From contig OZ076409.1 in assembly GCA_964187785.1 (NCBI GenBank), positions 45,262,001 through 45,326,000 of the forward strand: a stretch of DNA of 64,000 nt. Reading direction: 5' to 3'. The notes under the pieces are model-generated. The model was not told where the DNA came from, did no database searches, and saw only the letters and a program-made list of their open reading frames with translations. Source of the DNA: Amphiscolops sp. MND2022 (taxonomy: Eukaryota). Each line of letters starts with the position of its first letter. The stretch's first letter is position 1. The translations under genes and the position numbers were made by a program. Positions 39,086 to 51,000 of this stretch are shown here, one piece after another.

Positions 39086-42000
39086 TCATCCATTGGGCAT
39101 TACAAACCTGCCTGTAGTTCCTGGTGTCCACTTCTTGCGCAAATTGGTGGCCAGATTTGTGACAATGGATGGCGAAGGTGAGAGCGAGGATCCACCACTA
39201 CTTGTGCCGCTCATAGGTGGAGGAGGTGAGGAAGAATCAAGGTTGGGAGAAGGATTGCCTCTCTGGGAAGAGGAGACGGCATCTTTACTTTTAGCCCTTG
39301 ACGGAATACGCTCCACTGCATTGCGCTTAAACCTGTTGGACAAGCTAGGAGATGGGCTCGGCAGTGATGGCATACCCATGGCTGCTCCGCATCTGCCGAA
39401 GATACCACTGACGGGCACAGAGGGCTTAACAAGATACTGCTGTGTGGCACCATCGCTTTCACTTCGGTTCAACTAAAATAGCGTTAAAGCTTTCAAATTA
39501 ACGAGCAAGATGGGAACACCTCAAGTGGACGCCCCGATTATTACTCAAACAGGGCGATTCAACTCCAGTTATCTTCGCAATGCTTTGAAACAGTCAACAA
39601 AAGTAAAACAACTTCTGAATCACTTTGCCAGTAGCCCATATTCTTCAGCAGTTTGAATTTCACATTTTGTGGGTAATTTGTTTGGTTCGAACGGTACAAG
39701 GGTTTTTAAAATAGGATTTTTCACAAGTGTTGTTGTTGATTAGATTCTTCAAAACTCCTTTTTTGGCAAAAGCAAGTTTTCTCAGAACCCCTTGACGTAT
39801 TCAAAACCGCAACTTCATACACAAAAAGGCCTTGTACAGCAAAACTACATAATATGATGTTCTCATAAACCTCATTGCAAAAAAGGGAATCTGACAAACT
39901 TCACTTTTCGTTTAATATCTTTTTACGTAGACGTCGCGTGGAAATTGTTCCAAATGAAGATTTGTGTCTAACGAGCACGAGCTTCTTGCCTAACTTCCGT
40001 CAAAAATTTTAATTTAATTTCACACCTAATGCAACATGCAAGACAAGAGACACACTTCATTTTCTTTACTGCAACGTGACTACAGAAAGCTCCTTTGACG
40101 TGAAATATCTGGTATGCCTCCCACAACATTGTAACGGAATTAGAGTATTTGGCAACAACGAGTAACCCTGAAAAAAAAGAAGGAAATGGCTGTCCTCTCA
40201 AAATTTCAGGAGATGAGCGGTGAAGATTCCAACTAGCCTTGAGAAATCAAACTTTTTCAACAAATAATTTGGCTGAAATTTTCTCTCGGAGAACGGACAT
40301 TCTCGTCCAGGGATCGGCAGTTCACATGAACCTTGTTGCAGCAGCAATAAAGAGGAAACTACCCAGAATTGTCCCCGAAATGACCCAAGTTCACCATGAA
40401 AAACGTAGAGACTTTGGTGCTACCTGATAGAATTACCACTTCCAGGACGTGTTCTTGTCGGGCACATGTCTTTTTCAGTTGCATCGGAATACACTTCATG
40501 TTTGGTGCAAAAGTTCCCGAAAACGACCTTACAAAATCGCACCGAAGTTCTGCCCGAAAGTGACGGTTGGGAGTGCCTAATCCTTCAAACGTTTTTACCT
40601 CAAAATTATAGCAGAGGGGACTATAATTAGCCGGAAAGATTGCCAAATTATAATGCACTTTATCCCCCAACGTCAACTGGAGCAACCCCCATACCTCAAA
40701 AGAAACCAAGGCTTTTTTGGCCGAAATTCAGGTGCAGTGGCCTTCCAACTCCCCAGGCAGTAATCATGTGGAACGAAAACGTGTGGACGGTCCTTAAAAA
40801 CTACGTGGAAAAGAAAAATCCCCGAACAAACGCCGCACTGATTGAAACTATTCACGAATCACAGCACGAAATTACATTGATCAGACGAAATTTGACGAAT
40901 GCAACCCCCAAACGTTTACAGGTGTATCTCGGTCGCAATGGCGAATTTGTCCACATTTAAACTCAAGCTCTATGGGGTGTTCAATTATATACTGATATTC
41001 GAAATATTCTGTCTCCATGTATGCTCAAGAAAAAGTAAAACATTTTTATCATTCCCAATTATTGTAAGGAGGTATTCAAGTCCCCGGAGCGTAAAGTACA
41101 GGAAAGAGACTCGGTACAGGAAAGAGACGGTAAAATTGTGAAGAATGGAGCGCGCGGCGACAGGGACTCACCGAACCAAAATGAAAGGACAATATACCTT
41201 TCGAACGCTATAGTTATTTTCTCCGATATGTGTAGTTTTTAAGATGTCCAGGTTCATAGGGGTTAAACATACCGAATCTTATCTGTTTCAACTTTTTTCC
41301 ACTTAATGGTGCTTTTTATATATAAAGTTCCTACAACTTTTGCAATTTGTATATTTTAAGATTCTGATGATGGTCTACAAGACCGAAAACGTTTAAGTCA
41401 ACTTTTCGATATCAATTTTTTCCTAAACATACCGAGACTGCTTTTACAAAAATTCTGGAGTGACAGTCAATGCCAAAAAATTCCAACTGCCGACCACTGT
41501 AAAAAGTGGACCTTTCAGATACATTTTCCAATGAAGCGAAAAAATTACCTGTAATAATCCGGCACCATTTATTGTGGCACCGCCGACTAAAAATTCGACC
41601 AGTAAATGAGCGATAAAATAATGAAATGCTTCACAATAAGCAATCAGTTGTTAGCGCATACTTTCGATAATTTAATTCAAAGCATTGCAAGAGTTTTCAC
41701 AATTTCAGCGAACAATGAATAACAAGCAATATCGCATAGCAAATAGAAACCTTAGTTGAGGCATACGAAGACTTTTTGTACACATAATGATTGAATGAGG
41801 AGTAGGGGCGCATCTGTCCGACAGTGTGTGATCGTTTGAGACCAACTTCTGTTGTATTCTGATATTCAGAAGACGAGTCTGTTAGTCCTTCACAATCAAC
41901 TGCTCTTTCGTCATAACCTTCGTCTGAGTTCACCAGTTGCTGTTCTTGGCAACCTTCCACTCCCATCCGTTTGAGTTCTGATGGGTTCAAATAAGTAGCC

Positions 42001-45000
42001 CTGACAAAATTCAATTTAAATCAGTTTCAGTGGATGCAGTGATGTCCCTTTTAAATTTTTTAAAAGAATTTTTATATTAAAGGATCGGCCTTAAAATTTA
42101 AAGGATCCTTTAAAGGATTAGAAAAAACATATTTCAACAAATATTTTAAGGGGAACGTCATACAGACAATGTAATACACATCTAATTTTCAAACAGCAGA
42201 ATACTTGTTGTAATCTGACTGGCTGAATTTTGGAATCGCCTTGAATTCACTATGCTGAAAACGCGTGTCAGATTTTGTCGGGACTATTAGGAGTCGGAAA
42301 AAAGTTTCGACTACTTATGCAATAGTGTTGTTTTTTCCCGACCTTTCAATGAAAATTCAAATTTCTCAAGAACTCTTCATACAATTTTCTATAATATTTA
42401 GCACAGTCATCTAAGACCGGTGAATCCGTTGGACGTTGAAAGAACTATTTGTAATCTACCCAACAAGACATCAACTGGATCAGATGGGATGTCCAACAAA
42501 ATTTTAAAGCTCGCATCACCGACAGTTGTTCCGTGTCTAACACAACTAATTAACCGATGCCTTAAAGGGAAGTATTTTCCACCCGTCCTCAAAGTCGCCA
42601 AAGTGATACCTATCTATAAAGGAGCCAGTAATGAATTTGAAAACTATCGACCAATTTCTCTACTGCCACCAATTGCTGAAGTCTTTGAACGCCTTTTGTA
42701 TGAAAGGATGATGGATTACATACGGAAATACAAATTGATAAATGTCAAACAATTTGGATTTCGTCAGAAACACAAGACAGTTGATGCGATTGCTTCGGTT
42801 ATCGAAGAAATAACATCCTGTCTAGTTGGAAAAACACCTTCGTGTTGTGTATTCTTTGATCTCAAGAAAGCATTTGATACAAAAAATCATTCAATATTAC
42901 TTGAGAAATTGGATAATTATGTCTTCAGAGGAGCTATTAAGAATTTACTCAAGTCATATCTGCAGTAGAACTCAATATGTACAACTCGGCGCACAAAAAT
43001 CATCTACACTTGACACTGAGTGTGGTGTTCCACAAGGGTCTGTTCTAGGGCCATTGTTCTTTATTATATACGTAAACGATTTACCTTTGTGTTACTGCTA
43101 CCTCCAATTTAGTGATGTTGGTTTTGGATTTGATCAGTCACTAGGAGGGAAGTATTTGTTCCCTTCGGAAAAACAAAAAAACTCAATCATTCATTATGCA
43201 ACCGTGTACCTGAACTTCACAACAAGCTGGTAAAAGTTTCCATGTTACCTGACTGTACCTTGATAAGATTTATGAGTGATGAAGTGGTAAAACATTTCCG
43301 TCATTACTTTCTTAGAAACTTTATCCTTGGTAAAAGGGATCTTGCTGATTTTGTGTTCGGTAAAAAATTGACTTGAATGAATCAATTCAAAGCTATACTC
43401 GAAAGTAGTCATTGCATTGGGTAAGACGGGACTAACCCAGCCTGCACTTTGCGGTGTCTGCTGGGTTCTCCCTTATGAACCATACGCGAAGCAGGTACTG
43501 TGTGCACTCTTCACGCTTAGGTTGCATGGTTTTCTGGGGGAGTTCCCAGTAGACACCAGGTTCACCGCACAAGGCATCTGTATCCCCTTTGTTAAAAAAT
43601 ACATCTGAATACAAAGTATCAAACGGTTCCTTACCTACTTTAAATATTTCTAAAATTTTTTTTAATCAAAAGATTTTAAAAAAATTGACATTCCTCATAT
43701 TTCTGTTTTGATGTTATGAATTACTTGTTATCGGGCTTCCGTTAAGCTGGCATACGCCTTTGGAAGTTTGTTCTGTTATCTGATGACTATATGATTTGTA
43801 TTAGCTTTGTGCTTCTCGTCATTTAATAGCACATGAATTCAAAATTCAAATTCAATTCATCCTACTTCCAAAGGTGCTCCTGCGTGTGCAAAGGCATCAA
43901 AATCGTATGATTGGGATGTGAGAAGCATAGCCAAAATTAGCCCAAAAATAGCCATTTTTCGACTTTTTCTATTTTTTCAAACTCTCCATAGGATTCAAAC
44001 GAAATTTTCTACAGTCATTCTACACCATATTAGATATCTTGCTTGGATTAAAACGTGTCGCACCAAAAAACATCAGCAAAAAACCAAATTGATTGGTTCG
44101 ACCCATTATGGTAAGCAGCTGCACCGAAAAATCCAGAATAGATTCATATAATAATTTTCTCACCGTGCTATTCGTATTTATAATTGCTGTCAAATTTCCT
44201 TTTTATTTCGTTTAAAGGAAAATAGGCCCCTCCGGGGCTCAGTACTATTTCTGCTTTAATCTTTATTTTTTTAAAACAAAAAATCATCAATAAAAGAATC
44301 ATATCTGGAATACCAATACACTCCTGTTTAATCATTACTTAGAGCACAATTAATCACTGTACAAGTTTACACCGCCTTTAATTCTTCTCGGACTAAAGAA
44401 AATATAACTAAGCGTAGACGAAGTTTCGCATTCGCATTTGAATGCAGGCGAAGCTCTCAACGAACGAATAATTAACACTCATTCGCTTCATCTCAATGAC
44501 GTCAGCATACGAATGGATAATTACCACTCGCTCGTTCTATCGCACTAGAATTGAATTGTTGTCGGCAGCTTTCCCACGCTTACACTCACTGCCGAACAAA
44601 ATATCTGAATTATTCAGTAGGACGAAATTTGACGACTGAAAAAAAAAAGGACCAACTTTGAGGTTACAATAACATTCCTGCTAAAGCAGAAATATTAAAA
44701 AGGAATCCTTTAAAGGAAAATCCTTTTAAAGGATCGGTGTTTAAAGCAAGAATTTTTAAAAGGATCTTTCAGAGGAAAATAAAAAGGGACATCACTGAGT
44801 GGATGCTATTGAACACGTCAATAACCAATGGCTAACATTTCAGAAAATTTCAATGAAGAGTATGACAAAAAGCATCGTGCTATTTCCTAAATTAACTTGA
44901 GATTCTCCGGGAATCTAAAGTTTTCATTCTCAGCACTAGTCACGAATCTTAGTGTACTTTTGACCGATTCTAACGCTCGATCGGAATCAATGACAACTAA

Positions 45001-48000
45001 CTCGTTCAGCACTTGAAGTCTGGCAATAGCTGCACTTTTGACAGTATACATTGCCTGTGAAGAAGTGACATGCGCCATGCAATTCTTGTAGGTGTCTGGA
45101 GTGGAAACATTGTCATAAAAAGGTGGCTGGAGAACATCTCTATTGCACTTGAAAGAAAAGTTCTTTGCAGGGATGGCGGTGGCTTTGGGTGACACCATTT
45201 GATTACAGTTTTGGTATACGTCACCATCTAGTGGAGAGTGATAGGTTGGGTCGTTAGGTTGGCTCCTCCTTAGATCGTACTCCACAGTGTCAACGGCAGT
45301 GAAATGATACCAGAAACTGGTGGAGGCTGCCTCTCTCATTTGATTTGTATACACTTGAAAGAGATTCAAATGCCGCTCCACCTGTAAAAAAAAATTGTAA
45401 ATTGAAATAAAATTAGTACATTCATTTTCTAGAGGTGACATTTTGATGAAGAATATCATCTCAAGATGGCTTAACATAGATACAAATAAATTGTAAATTT
45501 TGCAATGTTTCATTGAAGAGAATGAACAGACTACAGGAAAAATTGACAAACATCTGGCTAAATTGCATTAAACGTAAAATTGTTAAATAGCCGAATGGAT
45601 TACTGATTTACTGCTACATGGCCGGTTTGGCTATTAACAGATAATGGGATTCACACATGGATTTGTAAAAAGGGCTGCAGAATTTTCCGTCCTGATATAT
45701 TTCAGCAATATGCACACAAAATTCGTTGAAAATTGCATGAAAATTTTCAAAGATGGTAATTAAAAAAAAACAACCGGAAAACTTGTTCAAAAGCTGAACT
45801 TTTCATATTTTGGCAATTTTTCTCCATAAATATGCTAAGAACCTAATTTTTGGTCGTTGAACCTTTTCCTCCTCAAATAAATTTAAAAACTAACCAAGAA
45901 ATTTTCAAAAGAAGATGACGCCGAGGTAGATCCACAGAAAATGATGATCCTCAAAATTTTGAACGTCAATTCTTTTCTCGGCAAGTCAAACACCATGAAC
46001 TCATTTACGATGAGGTTGCCGCCTATGTCCAATTCTTTAGCAGAGAACTGTCGAGAACAATGGCAAGATGCACCTGTTAAAGGATGAGGATAATTCATGG
46101 ATAAAATTTCCACGGAAAACTGAATGTTTTCTAGACAAGAGGGCATTTCTACTTCTTTCATCTCTTCCAAACGCACGTGCAATTGATTGCTGACTGTAAA
46201 CTTGATGTCAATCAGGACTTGACAAGCAAACAGCGTTTCGCTATGTTCGTCTACAACGTGTGAAGCAGCTGCTGACCTACCACTATTTTTCCCAGCTCCT
46301 GAAATGTTTTCATAAAAAGCTATTCCGCTGTCTTCAGAGCGATGATAAGACGACGTTACTTCCGGAATTCGCTTCCATTCAGGGTTGGAATGGTAGTAGG
46401 CTTCATTATTGGATTCTAGAGTCATGGTCATTCTATCATGTTCTTCGTTCGAATGTCTTTTAGGAACCCTGGGTGCAACTATTATGTTTTCATAAATGCC
46501 ACCACTTTCACCTTCTGCTTCAGCGTCGCTAGCGTGGCATTCCGATGACTTGGGACTGCGTGGTTCTTTTGCATAAGATGGCAACTGCGAAATGTTACTT
46601 AGATAGACATAGGTTTCGAGTCTTTCTCTTAAAGCTGAATTATGATTTGTTTCATTCGAGGCACTTTGATTTTCGTTCTGATATGACGACATTAGAAAGC
46701 CCATTGACTTGGAATTTTTCATTACATCTGCACCCATTGGCTTGCACCTCTCCTCTAAAGGACTGACATCTGATAAAAATCGGTAGTCATTGTCACATGA
46801 GCGTTGAGAAGTAGGACCAATCGGGAGTTGAGTGTTATTCGCGTTCTTGCGGATAGATTGAACAGGGTAAGTGGATGCTCTGAGCTCCTTCGGGTCTTTG
46901 AAGTTACCTGCCTGGCGTCGGTGCTCGGGATCGAATCGATTGAACTCGACCCCAGATTCCTGTAGTTTAACCAGAAGATCTCTGTATTGAGTTTCCAGTT
47001 TTGTCTGCCGCTCAAGCAGTGACAGTCTGAAACATTCAGTTTTAAAATAAGTCGAATGTTGCCACAAAATACTCCAATTGAAAGCAAATGTTTCAGATAT
47101 CTTTTTGAAATGGCCATGAGTTAATGAAATAAAACACTACTAGTTTTGATGAACAGACAGACCTGCGATTGCTGACAAAGTTGCATCTCTGTTTGTTGAT
47201 GGTAATCTCTTCTCTTAGTCTATAAATACGATCTTCCACTTCGTCCAATGATGCCTTCTCCGTTTTTGATTTCTCGTAAATCAAGTCGCGATGCCAGTTA
47301 AGAAGTTCCTGCATCAACGATTCCTTCTCTTGAATGATAGTTAAGCGTCCGTGATCGAACTCCGGTTGCAGAGGTGCCAGCTGGATGCGCACATTTTCCA
47401 TTGCTCCAATTACTTCCTTGAGCCTAGTAGAAAAACAAAGAAGATATTGAAAGTAGATCCAAACAAACTCTTCCAAAAACAGATCAAATCTCAGCTCGTT
47501 TCTAAGCAACTGGGCAAGAGCAATATCACATTCCCACAATGGCTGTAGTACTTCACATCTAATTTTCATATAAAAAATGAAATTTAGCAACAACCGACCA
47601 GAAACCAATTTTTGAGCTACCATGTATACTCCAACAAAACGAATCTGGCAGATGCTAAATACATTATATTCTAATTTGCGATTTTCTTTCTGTCCATGGT
47701 TTCAATTTTCGTTTAATTTTTGAATCTTTTGTCATTGCGAATTTTCACTACCTGCATAAGAGCCTAAAACAAAAAGGCATACGCTTGTTGGTTACGCGTA
47801 GTTGTTGTTGGCGTACGCTTATTGGTTACGATCGAGCCTTCTCAAAATATATCGTTGCTAAAGTAATTCAGGGTGGAGAATATCTCGGTGCTCAGTGGGC
47901 GCTTTATTCGAGTAATTTTCAGAGCACGGGAATAGTTTCCGTCCTGACCTATTGTAACGAAGACATATTAAGGCCAGGGGGCAGCCAAGTACGAAACGTG

Positions 48001-51000
48001 CAAAAAATGAAAATTCTGCAATTTCCATTGAAATTAATCCTTTTAAAAATTTACTTCTCTATCCAAGAGCATATTAAGTAACTCGTTTTGTTGTTGAACT
48101 CTGTGTATACTCACACCTACGGAAACATACAGAAATCGTACAAAAAAGGAATGAAACGGTCGGAAAATATTTTTTGCTCTAGTCGTTTCGGGGTCGCTCT
48201 TCAAAAGACAGATATTGTCAATTAGAAAATTGAAATTAAAAAAGTAATTTTTTCTTTGAACTCAGTGGTTTTTCATACCGGTTCAAACACTCAAAATTTG
48301 CTAAGAGCGGTAGAAATTTGAAGGTTTGAAAACCTTCAAAACAGTACAAAAATGCATGAAATGGTCATAAATTGGAGGTTCTGGCATTTCTGGTTATTTT
48401 GGGGTCATCTTGTGTGTTGGCGCCAGTCATCAGAAGGCAGAGAAACTCGATTCAGAACATGTTGGTTGAGATACGAGAACTTAAACTCCTAAAAACTTAG
48501 ATGAAAATTTGAAGAAAAGTCAATCGTCATAAAATCGAAAACCCCCCCCCAGTCAGGGTTTTCTCTGCAACTAATAACCGTAGAGACTTGAAACTTGGCA
48601 CACATACGCAGATACCTAACACGAACACACCGGCTAAGTTTCAAGATCATTCCCCCATTATAACCCCTTTACCCCTCACATGTGTAGTATTCAAGGTCAT
48701 TGAACCAAAAATGTAAACTTTGTTATTTACCTATATGACCACATTAGAATGTAACTCTGTTGAATTGATAATGTTTACATAGTGTAAACATACTTTCTAA
48801 CCCACCTAACCAACATGCCAAAACCACCACATTCTTTGTTTACATAGCCAATAACTTTAATAATTCACTTAAATGTCATTTATTTATACAACATATTTCA
48901 ACTGATATTTGCTTATATTTACTGTAGAATTGTAAACGATATGTATACTATTATTAGATAGAGATTTTCTCCACTGTATAGCTATAGTCAAGTTGGGTCT
49001 TAGGACCAAGAGACTAATTAATCAACTTCTCAATCTTCACAACTTTTCGCTAGAGTTAGAGCGACTAAGTAGCTACTCTCATAGTTGGAGAGCCGGAGCG
49101 CGTGAAGATACTGTGAGGGAAGTGTGTGCAGGATCACATCGGATCCAATTCAGTGCAAAGAGGAATCGCAGGAGATTCCACGGGTCACATCGGACCCACC
49201 AGTCAAAAGATACAGTCCTTTAAACAAGAAAACCAGGAATTGTTTAGTGACGGTCCACAGCACTAAGCAACGGATCAGGGCGGCGTAAAGCTTGTCAAGC
49301 CTCAGCGCAGGATAAGGGCAAGCAGCCGTTACATTTGGTCCGCCGACCCGGACAACTCGTTGGTGGACGACCCGGACTAGAAGAAGACGACTCGTTGGTG
49401 GACAACTGAGAAGATTGCCCAAGAAGAACAAGTGTCTGATTCTTGGAGTCTCTGACTTTGTGTCTCTGGGAGATTGGGCTACTGTGTCTCTGGGAGATTG
49501 GGCTACTGTGTCTCTGGGAGATTGGGTTACTGTGACTCTGGGAGATTGGGCTACTGTGTCTCTGGGAGATTGGGCTACTGTGTCTCTGGGAGATTGGACT
49601 ATTGTGTACTCTGGGAGTTGGGCTTTAGCGGCACTCTGGAGGTATTTGTGCATCATTTCTAGTTTGAGACGAATTGTATTCTTTGGGAACGTATTCCTGA
49701 TTGAAGCAAAGATCTGGTCTAAGACGTCATTGCAAGTAAATCCACCAAGTAAAGCCAAGGGATCAAGTCAGAGAGACAAGATCCACCGAAACAATCAAGT
49801 TCGTCAAAGAAGGCAAGTATAATCGACAGTATTGGGTTGATTCTTCAAGAATTGGCGATTGATTACCGGATTGAGCAGTTGACACTTTGTATCTGAGAAA
49901 TTGCAGAGTTGGGAAAAGTGACAAAGCCTACAAGAAACAATTGTGAAGTTCGAAAGCCCTCAGTGAAACAAAAGAGTCATATGAACAAATGAAAGCCAAA
50001 AAGAAAGAAAAGCAACTGATGCAGCACCCTCGAATGGCAATTGTGTTTGAAGGAAGAAACACAAAGCAGAGCCAACAACTGATGGAGCTCAGACCGAAAG
50101 ATTTGGAAAATGCGTCAGATTGGTACGCGTGGTGCCTCTATTGGGATATTGTACCCCTACATGTGAAAAAGCTCCACACATTGGTAAAAGACTTGGATGA
50201 CAAGCTCGATGAGGAAGGAGCTGTTGTATCCAAAAGCAAATTGATTGATCGGGTAATTGAATACCGCGAGAGAAGACAGGCATTGCTGTTCTGTGTAGAC
50301 TTTATGTTGAGTCTTACAAATGAAGAAACGCAAAGACAGCTCAGTCGAAGTGTGACTGAATGGGACGAATGCTTTGCGAAACTGGAATCGAGTTGGGGAT
50401 ATTGGTTCCCCGATGTGCAGCAAATGTTGAAGTGTCCAATTGATGGGACAAAAGAGTTGAAACTGAGTCAGATGACAAATGGAACATCTGCAGACGCAGC
50501 TATGAGATGCCCTCGCAAAAGAAAGTTGAGGCAAAGACGTGTCCATCAGGCAAAACCTAATTGTGTAAAAGAAACAGCTAGTGAAAAGGGATCACCGACA
50601 CGGTCAAGAAAGACCAAGGACCAAGAAAGCTGCTGTGGTATGAGAGACAGCATATCTGAAGTGGAAAACTCAATCAACGATGTGACATCACTACTCGAAG
50701 AAAACAGCAAGGTATCTGACGTAACAATCCTGATGGACAACAGACCAACAGTTAGCACGAAGTGGTCTAATGGAGATCGACTGTTTCCTCTAGCATTAGA
50801 GAAAGCGGAAGATCAGAAATCGGATGAAGTCCAAGGCCAAAGAAGCGAGACTGGACAATTGGAAATAGAGGAACTGGGCAAACATCCAAAACTGGTTGAA
50901 ACCAGAAGCAACAGAAGCTCAGTGATTTCGAAAAGTTCAATTGCTAGACGAGTTCTTTCTTTGAAAGTAAAAGCTCAAAAAGAGCAAGAAGAACTGCAAA

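Noticed and set aside
39086..39472. Upstream exon of the ataxin-1 gene
   Set aside because: It ends in a stop codon, splices in phase from WWC exon 41751-42000 and carries the KIBRA LNRSxSD motif.
48993..49223. Duplicated 76-aa gene (also 53859-54089)
   Set aside because: It is simply an ORF within the two near-identical LTRs, with a non-ATG start.
49459..49624. CRISPR-like array
   Set aside because: Units are contiguous with no unique spacers, no cas genes are present, and the context is a eukaryotic retroelement.
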